From: an uncultured delta proteobacterium
GTDB lineage: Bacteria; Desulfobacterota; Syntrophia; Syntrophales; UBA2192
NCBI GenBank assembly: GCA_963705165.1
Contig: CAVPJD010000001.1
Span: 1-27,603 of the forward strand
DNA length: 27,603 bases
Direction of reading: 5' to 3'
Position numbers and translations under genes: made by a program. The number at the start of each line of letters is the position of its first letter. The stretch's first letter is position 1. The notes under the pieces are model-generated. The model saw nothing but the letters and a program-made list of their open reading frames with translations, was not told the DNA's origin and searched no databases. Shown here piece after piece: positions 8,168-20,534 of this stretch.

Positions 8168-8281
8168 TGATTGAATTTTGAAGCAAAGCGGTTTTCCCGT
8201 CCACGGGACGGACATGCTTGCATTCATCCCGGCCCGCAAGGCGGGTGCCTGAACGAATCAATCTCAACGGCGGGGGGCACC

Positions 8282-8728
8282 ATGAGTCTGAAAGAAAAGA
8301 TCAACAGCGAGATGGTCGTAGCGGCAAAAGCGAAGGATTCGCTCAAACTGGGGACAATCCGGATGATCAAGACGGCGCTTCACAACAAGGAGATCGATGC
8401 CAAGCGCGATTTGAACGACGCGGAAATCCTCCAGGTTCTCTCATCGATCGTGAAGCAGCGCAAGGACTCCATCGAGCAGTTCAAGGCCGGCAACCGCCAG
8501 GACCTGGTCGACAAGGAGGCGTACGAACTCCAGGTCGTCCAGGCCTTCATGCCCCAGCAGATGTCCGCGGAGGAAGTCGAGCAGGAGGTTGCGAAAGCCA
8601 TCGCCGAGACCGGGGCCACGAGCTTCAAGGACATGGGAAAGGTCATGAAGGTCCTCATGCCCAGGGTGGCAGGAAAGGCCGACGGCAAGCTTCTGAGCGA
8701 TACCGTCAAAGCGAAACTTTCCGGCTGA
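8282..8728 (+). CDS. yqeY: GatB/YqeY domain protein
   Basis: MSLKEKINSEMVVAAKAKD...KQRKDSIEQF...DMGKVMK...GKADGK; typical position upstream of dnaG. Start moved to ATG 8282. Confidence 0.9.
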   Translation: MSLKEKINSEMVVAAKAKDSLKLGTIRMIKTALHNKEIDAKRDLNDAEILQVLSSIVKQRKDSIEQFKAGNRQDLVDKEAYELQVVQAFMPQQMSAEEVEQEVAKAIAETGATSFKDMGKVMKVLMPRVAGKADGKLLSDTVKAKLSG

Positions 8729-8883
8729 CGGGCCGGTGAGCCCCGGGGCATACCAGAGAGCCTCCCCGGTCGACAGGACCCGATGCAGCGGCGCGCGTTT
8801 TTCAAAAAAAAACGGCCCGAGCCTTTACACCTTTCCGATCTTCATTATATTAGGGGTGAGGCCTTGAAAAAGGGTGTCGGATC

Positions 8884-10630
8884 TTGAAGGGTCACATTCC
8901 CGAGGAACGGATCGAAGAAATCCGAAACCGGGTCAACATTGTCGATCTGGTTTCCGAGTATGTCACGCTCAAAAAAGCGGGGCGCAATTACCTCGGCTCC
9001 TGTCCCTTTCACAAGGAAAAAACGCCTTCGTTCACGGTCAACGCCGAGAAGCAGATTTACCACTGCTTCGGGTGCGGCGAGGGAGGAAATGCCTTTTCCT
9101 TCCTGATGAAGATCAACAACATGACGTTCCCGGAGACAGTGCGTCACCTGGCGGGAAAACTCGGCATCCCCCTTCCCGCCCGTGAGTTCACGCCAGAGGA
9201 AAAGGGCCGCGAGGACCTGAGGGAAATCCTGCTCCGTGTCAATCACCTCGCCGCCGGTTATTACGCCAGGACGCTGCGCCTGCCTGCGGGTACCCGGGGG
9301 AAGGCCTATCTCGAAAAGAGAGGGATCAAGCCGGATGTGATCGAAACCTTCCAGCTCGGCTATGCCCCGGAGGGGTGGAGAAACCTCCGGGACCACCTGC
9401 AGCGGGAGAAGGTTTCGCTGAAGCACGCCGAACAGGCGGGTCTTCTGGTTTCCAGGAAAGACGGCGACTACTACGACCGGTTTCGGGGCCGGCTGATGTT
9501 TCCCATCGAGGACGTCAACGGCAACGTGATCGCTTTCGGGGGGAGGATCATCGGGGAGGGTGAGCCGAAATACCTCAATTCCCCCGAGTCAGCCATCTAT
9601 GTCAAGGGCAGGAATCTCTACGGGCTTGCCCGGGCCAAGAACGCGATCCGCAGGGACGAAACCCTGATCATTGTGGAGGGATACTTTGATCTCCTCGCCC
9701 TGTGGAACCACGGGATCCCGAACGTCGCGGCGACCCTCGGGACGGCACTCACCCGGGAGCACGTGGATCTGATCAGGCGATATACGGGAGCCGTGGCCCT
9801 CACCTTCGACACCGACACCGGTGGGAAGGCCGCCCTGGAGAGGAGCATGTCCCTCTTCCTGGAGCGCGGATTGCGGGCAAAGGCCGTGGTGCTGCCCGAT
9901 GGGAAGGACCCCGACGAATTCATCACGAAGCACGGGAAAGAGGCTTTCCTGGAGGAAATTGGACGCGCCCGTGCCCTCGTCGATTATTACATCGACGAGG
10001 TCATCGGACAGGGCACGAACATTGACGATCGAAGAGGCGCGTTGAAAGACGCCATCCCTTTCATGGCAGGCATCTCCGATGCCGCCGAGCGCGGCCAGTT
10101 CATGAAGCGTGTCTCGGAGCGCCTTGGCGTCGATGAGGAGCTGGTCCGAAGCGAAGTGAGCCGCCACCGCCCGGCAGGACGACAGGAAGAGGCGCCTGAA
10201 CCGCGCCGGGTGACGACCGGGATCGACCGTGTGGAGCTCGCCCTCATCCAGATGATGATCGAAAATCCTTCCAGGATCCGCGACGTCATCCAGGGCAACA
10301 TCCTGGCCTTCTTCATGAGCGACGTGCTGAAGAGCCTGGGGGAAACCATCGCTGCAAGCCATGGCGAGGGGGAGGCCCCCAGCCTTGCCGGCATGGTCGA
10401 ACGGATTGAAAACCGGGCGGTCCGGGAAAAGCTCCTCGAGTTGACGGTTTCGGCGGGTCAGCCGGACAGCGCCGTCAGGGATCGGCTCTTCGACGACACC
10501 GTCCGGAGGGTCAAGGAACGATGGTACAAAGAAAGGCAGCGCGACCTGAGGGTCAGGCTGTTGAGAGCGCAGGAGGCGGGAGACCAGGAACTGTTCAACC
10601 GGCTTCTAGATGAAAAGGAACGATTACGCC

Positions 10631-10656
<26 letters not shown>
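8884..10656 (+). CDS. dnaG: DNA primase
   Basis: [11 protein letters not shown]...HCFGCGEGG zinc finger, [18 protein letters not shown], Toprim EGYFD...GTALT...FDTDTGG; TTG start. Confidence 0.97.
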
Positions 10657-12442
<1,786 letters not shown>

Positions 12443-12503
12443 AGGCTTGACAAGCGAGCCAGATACCGCTAATTGTTTAGTTTTAGTAAGTATTCACTCC
12501 AGA

Positions 12504-12579
12504 GGGCCCATAGCTCAATTGGTAGAGCCACCGGCTCATAACCGGTAGGTCCCTGGTTCGATCCCAGGTGGGCCCACCA
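12504..12579 (+). tRNA. tRNA with CAT anticodon, most likely tRNA-Ile2 (lysidine); Met cannot be excluded
   Basis: GGGCCCA/TGGGCCC acceptor stem, encoded CCA, CCGGCT-CAT-AACCGG anticodon arm, GGTTCGATCC T arm. A paired first base argues against an initiator tRNA, and the post-rpoD position is typical of Ile2. Confidence 0.93.
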
Positions 12580-12689
12580 TTTCAGCGGGGGCCCGTGCCG
12601 CAAGAAGGGGTTAACCGTGAACGCGCCAGCGATCCGTCAAGGAGTCTTTACAGGACGGGCATCAAAACCCGACACAGGGGAAAACCTCG

Positions 12690-12720
12690 AAAATGCACCA
12701 AACCGGTGCATTTTTTTTAT
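12690..12720 (+). terminator. Rho-independent terminator downstream of the tRNA
   Basis: AAAATGCACC-AAACC-GGTGCATTTT extending into a T run. Confidence 0.75.
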
Positions 12721-12790
12721 TCTGGCGAGCTGTTGACCGGGAGCGCATCCCGATGCGTGCTAAGCGTTCATCTTCCGATGTCGAGCGTGT

Positions 12791-12885
12791 GAAGATCGGA
12801 AGATCGGAAGCGAGGAAGAGCGGATTAGAAGAAAACGAACGGGACATCCACTCCGATCTTCTGCTCTTCGTAACTTCCTAACTTC
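12791..12885. repeat. Octamer-built hairpin element, copy 1
   Basis: GAAGATCG GAAGATCG GAAGCGAG GAAGAGCG, spacer, CGATCTTC TGCTCTTC GTAACTTC CTAACTTC. Inverted relative copy at 22857-22946. Confidence 0.8.
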
Positions 12886-12959
12886 GCAATTGTATGCGGG
12901 GGCCTTGCATCTGGCCGTTTTTGAACAGCTTCGCAACATGACTTCGTGGAGGACAGAGA

Positions 12960-13679
12960 TTGAAAGAGCAGATGGCCCTTCTCATTGACCTTCAGAAAAT
13001 CGATCAGGACATCCGGACCCTGAGCAACAAAAAGCAGACCCTCCCCGAGAAAGCAGGGGAACTCGATCAGGATTTCCAGACCCGGAAGGATCGGATGGAG
13101 GAAGATCGAAACGGTCTCGAGGGTCTTAACAAGCTTCACAAAGAGAAGGAATCGGAGTTGAAGCAGGGCCAGGAAAAGCTCCGAAAAGCCAGGGAGCGCC
13201 TGCAGGAAGTCAAGACCAACAAAGAATACCAGGCCATGCTCACGGAGATCGAAACGCTCGAGAAGGGAAGCGGCAGGATCGAGGAGGAAATCCTGGTCCT
13301 CTATGACAGGATCGACGAGAGAAAAGTCTCCCTCAAGAGCATCGAGAAGGATTTCGAGCAATACCGGGGCGGCTACGAAGCTCAGCGGAAAAAGATCGAC
13401 GAGGAGCTTGCCTCCATCGATGGGGAACTGGTCGATCAAAAGAAAAAATTCGAAGCCCTCGTCCCGGGCCTGAAACCCGACCTGCGGCGCCGGTACGAAA
13501 TGATCAAGGGCCGACGCAACGGGATCGCCGTCGTATCCGCCCGGGGCGCCATCTGCAGCGGCTGCAACATGAATCTGCCGCCCCAGCTCTACAACGAACT
13601 TCAGCGCTCAGAGGATCTCATCTGCTGCCCGAACTGCAACCGGATCCTCTACTGGGACGAAATCGTCAATGGTGGATAG
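12960..13679 (+). CDS. Coiled-coil protein with C-terminal C4 zinc ribbon (CT398/DUF164-like)
   Basis: Long coiled coil with TNKEYQAM, then CSGCNMNLPPQ...CPNCNRILY; TTG start with GGAGG RBS. Confidence 0.88.
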   Translation: MKEQMALLIDLQKIDQDIRTLSNKKQTLPEKAGELDQDFQTRKDRMEEDRNGLEGLNKLHKEKESELKQGQEKLRKARERLQEVKTNKEYQAMLTEIETLEKGSGRIEEEILVLYDRIDERKVSLKSIEKDFEQYRGGYEAQRKKIDEELASIDGELVDQKKKFEALVPGLKPDLRRRYEMIKGRRNGIAVVSARGAICSGCNMNLPPQLYNELQRSEDLICCPNCNRILYWDEIVNGG

Positions 13680-14088
13680 GCGCCTGTCCCTTTTTACCGA
13701 CGGGGCCTGCCGTGGAAACCCCGGCAACGGCGGGGCCGGTGCCGTTCTTGTCGGCAAAAACGGTGAGGTGGTCTCAACGGCGAAGAGGTTCCTCGGCCAC
13801 TGCACCAATAACATCGCCGAATACCAGGCCCTTATCCTCGGCCTCGGAGAGGCCCTGGGGCGCGGGGCTACGGCAATTTCCATCTATCTCGACTCGGAAC
13901 TTATCGTCCGGCAGATCCAGGGCGTCTACCGCGTCAAGAACCCCACCCTGAAGCCCCTGATGGCCGACGTCCGGGCCTTGCTGGATCGGTTCGACACGTG
14001 GCAAGTCGCGCACGTCCCGCGAAGCGAAAACGCCGTGGCCGACAAACTCGCCAACGAAGCGATTGATGAAGCCCTGAAAAAACAGTAA
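13669..14088 (+). CDS. rnhA: Ribonuclease HI family protein
   Basis: FTDGACRGNPG, TNNIAEY, YLDSELIV and HVPRSENAVADKLAN (DEDD residues). Confidence 0.92.
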   Translation: MVDRRLSLFTDGACRGNPGNGGAGAVLVGKNGEVVSTAKRFLGHCTNNIAEYQALILGLGEALGRGATAISIYLDSELIVRQIQGVYRVKNPTLKPLMADVRALLDRFDTWQVAHVPRSENAVADKLANEAIDEALKKQ

Positions 14089-14123
14089 CTGGTTGATTAG
14101 CAGCTGTGTTTCAAGTTGAGAGT

Positions 14124-15077
<954 letters not shown>

Positions 15078-15081
15078 TTAT

Positions 15082-15245
15082 CCCGTTCTTGCGAGTGATG
15101 CGGGATCCTCCAAGAGGTCCCTGACAACTGTTCGGGCTTGAGGGGCATCGGTCGTGGCGACCCTTGCTAATCACCGGGGTTCACCCAAGTTGATGTCGGT
15201 CTGCCACGACCGCAGCACTCTCCTTCTTACCATCAAGTGCTGCTT
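15082..15245 (-). ncRNA. Predicted IS110 bridge RNA (5' hairpin, target-binding loop, donor-binding loop); ends approximate
   Basis: Stems GCAGCACT/AGTGCTGC, CGGTCGTGGC/GCCACGACCG plus GACC/GGTC, and CCCG/CGGG with GGGACCTC/GAGGATCCC. Loop guides match the flanks and the circle junction. Confidence 0.82.
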
Positions 15246-15335
15246 ATATGAACACATGAACAAGAGCTAGGTAACATACAAGTTGATTGGTCAATTTGGA
15301 ATCCGCATTCCAGATTCCTGCCGCGAAGCGGCCTT

Positions 15336-15363
15336 TACACGCTACACGCTACCCGCCACACGC
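15336..15363. repeat. Heptamer tandem repeat
   Basis: TACACGC TACACGC TACCCGC CACACGC. Confidence 0.6.
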
Positions 15364-15425
15364 TTCTTTATTCCCCCGAAATACCTCTTGCAAAGATGCC
15401 GGTATCATTGGAGAATGAAGCGTGC

Positions 15426-15797
15426 CGGAGCAGGCAGGATGATCGCTGGCCCGTCAACGGGCTGGAGGAAAGTCCGAGCTCCACAGGGCAGGATGGTCGC
15501 TAACGGCGACCGGGGGCGACCCCAGGGAAAGTGCCACAGAAAACGTACCGCCCCGAGCTTGTCGAGGGGTAAGGGTGAAAAGGCGAGGTAAGAGCTCACC
15601 AGTTCCCCGGGCGACCGGGGAAGCTAGGCAAACCCCATCCGGAGCAAGACCATGTAGGGGAGCGTTCGAGGGCAGCCCGCCCGAGCTCCCGGGTAGGTCG
15701 CTTGAGGCAACAGGCAACTGCTGTCCCAGATTAATGATCATCGCCCCCCGGAGGGTGACTTAAGGGGGGAACAGGACTCGGCTTACAGCCTGCTCCG
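15426..15797 (+). ncRNA. rnpB: RNase P RNA (type A)
   Basis: P1 CGGAGCAGGC/GCCTGCTCCG, GAGGAAAGTCCGAGCT, GAAAGTGCCACAGAAA, AGGGTGAAA, GGAGCAAGACC and 3' AACAGGACTCGGCTTAC. Confidence 0.97.
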
Positions 15798-15859
15798 ACA
15801 CCTACTAACACAGGGCTTCAGAGAAGCCCTTCCTCACAGGCCCTAGGAGACTCCCTGTT

Positions 15860-15929
15860 CTCCTCCTCGGGGAGGAGGAGTGAGGAGGGGGACTGATCTT
15901 GACAGCGGAGAGGGTCGGGGTGAGGGTGA
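15860..15929 (+). repeat. REP-like element, copy 2
   Basis: CTCCTCCTCGGGGAGGAGGAG hairpin and GGAGAGGGTCGGGGTGAGGGTGA, similar to 7928-7965. Confidence 0.55.
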
Positions 15930-16002
15930 CTGCTCCCCTTTCGTCAAGTGGTATAGGGTAAGCATAGATTTTCGAATCCGAATGTGGTGAGACAAACCGA
16001 TA

Positions 16003-17589
16003 ATGACGTTGACTCATCGACCTCTTCTTTTTTCTCCCCGACTTTTCGTCGCTTTTATTTTTCTAGTCCTTTTTTCCCTTCCCCTTCCCTTTCATGCCTT
16101 GGCTGATGACGCGGCGCGGAAGATGCGCGAGGCGGAGACTCATTTCAGCCGGGGAGAGTACCTGGAGGCCCTGGGCGACTACCAGGAGGTGATCGAGCAG
16201 TCAAAGAAAGGCGATCATCAACCGAAGGCCCTCATGATGTCTGCAGCGATCTACGGAACCTTCCTGAAAGATCACGAGGCCGCTCTCAATCTATACAGCC
16301 AAATCCGGGCGAAATACCCCCGCTCCGTCTACGAAGCCGACGCCATCTTTCAGGCCGCCATGATCCAGTACGAAAGGGCCCGGTACCGGGAGGCGTCGCA
16401 GCTCTTTGGACTCTATATCGAAAAATTCCCGACCGGAAGCAGGCGGGATGTGGCCTCATTTATGCGAGACGCCAGTGACAACCCCCCTGCCGAGCGCGAG
16501 CGCAAGGCCCGTGAGATGGCAGCCCGGCAAGAGCAAAGCGAACTCATCCGGGTCCTCATTTTGGAGAATGCGGTTGACGTCCGCGTTTCAGTCTCTTCCT
16601 CCCTGGAGATCGGGAGCCCGGCCGGGAGCAACATCCTCAAGACCATCCGCGCACCGCAGGAGGCCCGTGTCCGGTTCGAAGGCGGTACCCTGCAGGTTAA
16701 CGGCACAGCCTATCCCTTCTCCGAACTGCTTCTGACGGCGGACAAAGGCGGCCAGGTCCGGGTCAACGGCATCTGGTATCGAGGTAACTTGAAACTGTCC
16801 GTGACGGATAAGGGCCTCCTCAGGGCCGTCAACCTCATTGACATTGAAGAGTACCTCAACGGGGTGGTCCCCCGGGAAATGCCCCCGAGCTGGCCCGAGG
16901 AGGCCCTCAAAGCCCAGGCTGTTGTCTCCCGGACATTCGCCCGCTACCAGATGGACGCCAATGCCTCCCGCGACCACGACGTCAGCGCCACGACCGCCTC
17001 CCAGGTTTACGGGGGAGTCGCCGCAGGGACGGATCGGACCCGCCGGGCCGTCAATGCCACCCGGGGCAGGATCCTCACCTTCAAGGGAAAACCTGCACTG
17101 ACCTACTTCCATGCCAACAGCGGCGGGATGACGGAGGATGCCCGCCATGTCTGGCGTGTCGCCATCCCCTACCTGCAGTCCATTCCCGATGACTACAGCG
17201 CGCAGGCGCCCGGCACGGCCTGGTCATCCTTTCTGAGCTTCGATCAGATTCGGGATGCGATGAACCGAAACGGGATCAAGACAGGGCAGATCAGCGACAT
17301 CGAGACGGCTTCGCAGAGCCCGTCGGGGCGCGCCATCAAGCTGAAAATCACCCATAGCGAAGGGACATCGGTCCTCGGCGGAAACCAGTTCCGCACGATG
17401 ACCGATCCGGCCGTGATCAAGAGCACGCTGTTCAAGGCTGAACGGAACAGTCAGGGAATCCGCTTCGAAGGCCGGGGTTCCGGCCACGGGGTGGGCTTGA
17501 GCCAGTGGGGTGCCCGCATGATGGCAGAAGGAGGATCCCCTTACAAGGAGATCCTCCTTCATTACTACCGCGGTCTCGAATTGAATTAA
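16003..17589 (+). CDS. Exported TPR + SpoIID/LytB-domain protein (putative lytic transglycosylase)
   Basis: Signal-like N-terminus, TPR-like helices, VNLIDIEEYLNGVVPREMPPSWPEEALKAQAV, SQVYGG and GRGSGHGVGLSQWGA...ILLHYY. Confidence 0.88.
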   Translation: MTLTHRPLLFSPRLFVAFIFLVLFSLPLPFHALADDAARKMREAETHFSRGEYLEALGDYQEVIEQSKKGDHQPKALMMSAAIYGTFLKDHEAALNLYSQIRAKYPRSVYEADAIFQAAMIQYERARYREASQLFGLYIEKFPTGSRRDVASFMRDASDNPPAERERKAREMAARQEQSELIRVLILENAVDVRVSVSSSLEIGSPAGSNILKTIRAPQEARVRFEGGTLQVNGTAYPFSELLLTADKGGQVRVNGIWYRGNLKLSVTDKGLLRAVNLIDIEEYLNGVVPREMPPSWPEEALKAQAVVSRTFARYQMDANASRDHDVSATTASQVYGGVAAGTDRTRRAVNATRGRILTFKGKPALTYFHANSGGMTEDARHVWRVAIPYLQSIPDDYSAQAPGTAWSSFLSFDQIRDAMNRNGIKTGQISDIETASQSPSGRAIKLKITHSEGTSVLGGNQFRTMTDPAVIKSTLFKAERNSQGIRFEGRGSGHGVGLSQWGARMMAEGGSPYKEILLHYYRGLELN

Positions 17590-17603
17590 ATAGACGTTGC
17601 TTC

Positions 17604-17631
17604 TCAGCCTTTAGCCTTTACCCTATAGCCT
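17604..17631. repeat. Heptamer tandem repeat between convergent genes
   Basis: TCAGCCT TTAGCCT TTACCCT ATAGCCT. Confidence 0.6.
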
Positions 17632-17638
17632 GTTTTTT

Positions 17639-20047
17639 TCACTTCCCCAGGTTCTTCTCCGTCTCGATGATGTCGAGCGTCGTCTTAATGACGGTATCGG
17701 CATTGAGCGACATGCTGTCGATGCCGCATTCGACGATGAACCGGGCGAACTCGGGGTAGTCGCTGGGCGCCTGACCGCAGATGCCGATCTTCTTGCCGAG
17801 CTTCCGGGCCTTCGTGATGACGTCCCGCACCAGCGTCAGCACGGCCTGGTTGCGCTCGTCGAAGATGTGGGCCACCTGCGCCGAGTCGCGGTCGAGGCCC
17901 AGCGTGAGCTGGGTGAGGTCGTTGGAGCCGATGGAGAATCCGTCGAAGATCTTCGCGAATTCCTCCACGAGGATCACGTTGCTCGGGATCTCGACCATCA
18001 TGTAGATCTCGAGGCCGTTTTCTCCCTGGATGATGCCGTTGTCGCGCATGACCTCGATCACCCGCTTGCCCTCTTCCACGGTCCGGCAGAAGGGGATCAT
18101 GGGCTTGACATTCGTGAGGCCCATCTCGTTTCGGACCTTCTTCATCGCCTTGCATTCCAGTGCAAAGCCGTCGCGGTACTTGTCGTCGTAGTACCGGGAG
18201 GCGCCTCGCCATCCGATCATGGGGTTTTCCTCGGAGGGCTCGAAGTACTTCCCGCCGATGAGGTTGGCGTACTCGTTGCTCTTGAAGTCGCTCATGCGGG
18301 TGATGACTTCGTTGGGGTAGAACGCCGCGCCGATCTTGGCGATGCCCTGGGCGAGCTTGTCGACGAAGAAGTCCGTCCGGTTCTCGTAGCCCCTGGTGAT
18401 CGTCTCGATCTCCTTGCGGACCTTTTTATCCGTCACCTTCTCGAACTGAACCAGCGCCATCGGGTGGATACGGACATACTGGTTGATGATGAACTCGAGG
18501 CGGGCGAGACCCACGCCGTCATTGGGGATGTTGGCCACATCGAAGGCATTGTCGGGGTTGCCCACGTTCAACATGATCTTCGTCTTGGGCCTCTGCAGAT
18601 TCTGCAGGTTGACGCGCTGCACTTCATACTTCAGGACACCGTCGTAGACGTTTCCGACCTCGCCCTCGGCGCAGGAGATGGTTGCCTCTTTCGAATTGCG
18701 CAGGGCCTCGGTTCCCTTCCCCGTCCCGACGATGCACGGCACACCGAGCTCGCGGCTCACGATGGCTGCGTGGCAGGTCCGGCCGCCCTTGTTCGTGACG
18801 ATGGCGGCGGCGATCTTCATGATGGGCTCCCAGTCGGGGTCCGTCATGTTCGTCACCAGCACCTCGCCCTTCTTGAAGTTCTTGATGTCGCTGACGCTCT
18901 GGATGACGTTGACGGGGCCGGCGCCGATCTTGGACCCTACGGCGGTGCCCGTCACCAGGGGTTTCCTCTGCTCGAGGAGCACGTAACTCTCCAGGACATT
19001 TGCGTCCTTCTGGGATTGAACCGTCTCGGGGCGGGCCTGGAGGATGAAGAGCTCGCCCGTTTTGCCGTCGCGGCCCCACTCGATGTCCATGGGCTTGAAG
19101 TAGCCCGCCTCGGCGGAGTAGTGGTCCTCGATGATGCAGGCCCACTTGGCCAACGTAATGGTCTCGTCGTCGGTAATGCTGAAGACGTCTCGCTGCGCCT
19201 TGGGCACAGGCTTGATCTCCGTCGGATCGATGCCCTTCTTCTTCGAGTAGATCATCTTGATCTCTTTGGTCCCGAGCTTCTTCTGGACGATGGGCCTGAA
19301 ACCGTCCTTCAGCGTCGGCTTGAAAACGTAGAACTCATCGGGGTTCACCGTTCCCTGGACGACCGTCTCGCCCAGGCCGTAGGAGGACGTAATCAAGACG
19401 ACGTCCTTGAAGCCCGATTCCGTGTCGATGGAAAAGATGACGCCCGAGGCCCCGATGTCGGAGCGCACCATCTTCTGAACGCCGATGGACAGGAAGACCG
19501 TCTCGTAGTCGAAACCCTTGTCGAAGCGGTAGGAAATGGCCCGGTCCGTGAAGAGCGACGCAAAGCAGCGCTTGCAGGCCTCGATGAGGGCCTCCTCGCC
19601 CCGGATGTTCAGGAAGGTCTCCTGCTGGCCCGCAAAGCTCGCATCGGGCAGGTCCTCGGCCGTGGCGGAGCTGCGGACGGCAACGTCCGTATTGGGCCCG
19701 TACTCGTCACAGAGCCTCCGGTAGGCCTTGACGATCTCGTCCCTCAGGTCCTTGGGTACAGGGGCGTTGTAGATCAGGTCGCGGACCTTCTTCCCCCGCG
19801 TGCGGAGGTTGTCCAGATCGTGGGTATCAAGGTCCTTAAGGATCTCCTTGATACTGTCCCAGATCCCGGCCGACTCGATGAGGTGGCGGTAGGCCGCTGC
19901 CGTGATGGCATACCCATCAGGGATGTTGACCCCTTTCTTCTGCAGGTTCTGCCTCATTTCGCCCAGCGAGGCGTTCTTCCCGCCCACCTCGGGAATATCC
20001 TTTAATTGAAGTTCGTCAAACCAGATGACCAGTCTTTCGCTATTCAT
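17639..20047 (-). CDS. ppsA: Phosphoenolpyruvate synthase
   Basis: VGGKNASLGEM, AVRSSATAEDLPDASFAGQQET, phospho-His GGRTCHAAI, EENPMIGWRG, FSIGSNDLTQ and GICGQAPSD. RBS spacing favours ATG 20047 over 20053. Confidence 0.97.
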   Translation of the reverse strand: MNSERLVIWFDELQLKDIPEVGGKNASLGEMRQNLQKKGVNIPDGYAITAAAYRHLIESAGIWDSIKEILKDLDTHDLDNLRTRGKKVRDLIYNAPVPKDLRDEIVKAYRRLCDEYGPNTDVAVRSSATAEDLPDASFAGQQETFLNIRGEEALIEACKRCFASLFTDRAISYRFDKGFDYETVFLSIGVQKMVRSDIGASGVIFSIDTESGFKDVVLITSSYGLGETVVQGTVNPDEFYVFKPTLKDGFRPIVQKKLGTKEIKMIYSKKKGIDPTEIKPVPKAQRDVFSITDDETITLAKWACIIEDHYSAEAGYFKPMDIEWGRDGKTGELFILQARPETVQSQKDANVLESYVLLEQRKPLVTGTAVGSKIGAGPVNVIQSVSDIKNFKKGEVLVTNMTDPDWEPIMKIAAAIVTNKGGRTCHAAIVSRELGVPCIVGTGKGTEALRNSKEATISCAEGEVGNVYDGVLKYEVQRVNLQNLQRPKTKIMLNVGNPDNAFDVANIPNDGVGLARLEFIINQYVRIHPMALVQFEKVTDKKVRKEIETITRGYENRTDFFVDKLAQGIAKIGAAFYPNEVITRMSDFKSNEYANLIGGKYFEPSEENPMIGWRGASRYYDDKYRDGFALECKAMKKVRNEMGLTNVKPMIPFCRTVEEGKRVIEVMRDNGIIQGENGLEIYMMVEIPSNVILVEEFAKIFDGFSIGSNDLTQLTLGLDRDSAQVAHIFDERNQAVLTLVRDVITKARKLGKKIGICGQAPSDYPEFARFIVECGIDSMSLNADTVIKTTLDIIETEKNLGK

Positions 20048-20150
20048 GTCCATCCTCCCCGAAGACGTTGATGTCCTTATATCCCCTGTGCTGTGACCGA
20101 AAACTGCCTATCAGTTTTGGCCCCGAGAGTCAACGGGAAACGTCCCGTGA

Positions 20151-20495
20151 TCAACCCATGGCATCGGTGAGCCTGCGCCCCCCGAATACGTGCATGTGAA
20201 GGTGGAAAATGAGCTGGCCCCCGTCGGGGTTGACGTTCACGGTGACCCGATACCCCTTCTCGGCGATGCCCCTCTCCCGGGCGATCTTCCGGGCGGCCCG
20301 GGCCATCTCCTCCAGAATGTCCTTCTGGCTCTCCCCGACGTCGTTGAAGGTCGCGATGTGCTCCTTCGGTACGATGAGCACGTGGACGGGTGCCACCGGG
20401 TGGATGTCGTTGAAGGCGAGGATCTTGTCCGTTTCCAGGACCTTGCTGCAGGGGATCTCCCCCCGGACGATCTTGCAGAAAATGCAATCGTTCAT
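20151..20495 (-). CDS. HIT family nucleotide-binding protein (HinT-like)
   Basis: DCIFCKI, DIHPVAPVHVLIVPK and GQLIFHLHMHVFGG histidine triad. Confidence 0.93.
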   Translation of the reverse strand: MNDCIFCKIVRGEIPCSKVLETDKILAFNDIHPVAPVHVLIVPKEHIATFNDVGESQKDILEEMARAARKIARERGIAEKGYRVTVNVNPDGGQLIFHLHMHVFGGRRLTDAMG

Positions 20496-20534
20496 CTCCC
20501 TCTACCTCCTTCCCATGAGCGTTTATCGGACGGC

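Noticed and set aside
12504..12579. tRNA as an integration site for an island
   Set aside because: No duplicated tRNA 3' end or integrase seen, and downstream genes are the usual housekeeping neighbours.
12791..12885. Short repeat arrays as a possible CRISPR
   Set aside because: Units are 7-8 nt and contiguous with no unique spacers; no cas genes.
12895..12932. GGCCTTGCATCTGGCCGTTTTTGAACAGC as a MITE-like end
   Set aside because: It resembles dispersed repeats I recall, but there is a single copy here and no partner end, so it cannot be supported.
14101..14115. Strong junction promoter formed on IS110 circularisation
   Set aside because: TTGAAA is present in the right end, but 17 nt downstream lies TACCTA, and the better TATGTT is only 12 nt away. 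Not convincing enough to call.
15283..15763. Short ORFs overlapping rnpB
   Set aside because: The region is explained by the RNase P RNA.
17867..20005. 712-aa plus-strand ORF opposite ppsA (similarly 10595-11965, 22171-23799, 25243-26271)
   Set aside because: Antisense shadows typical of high-GC codon usage.
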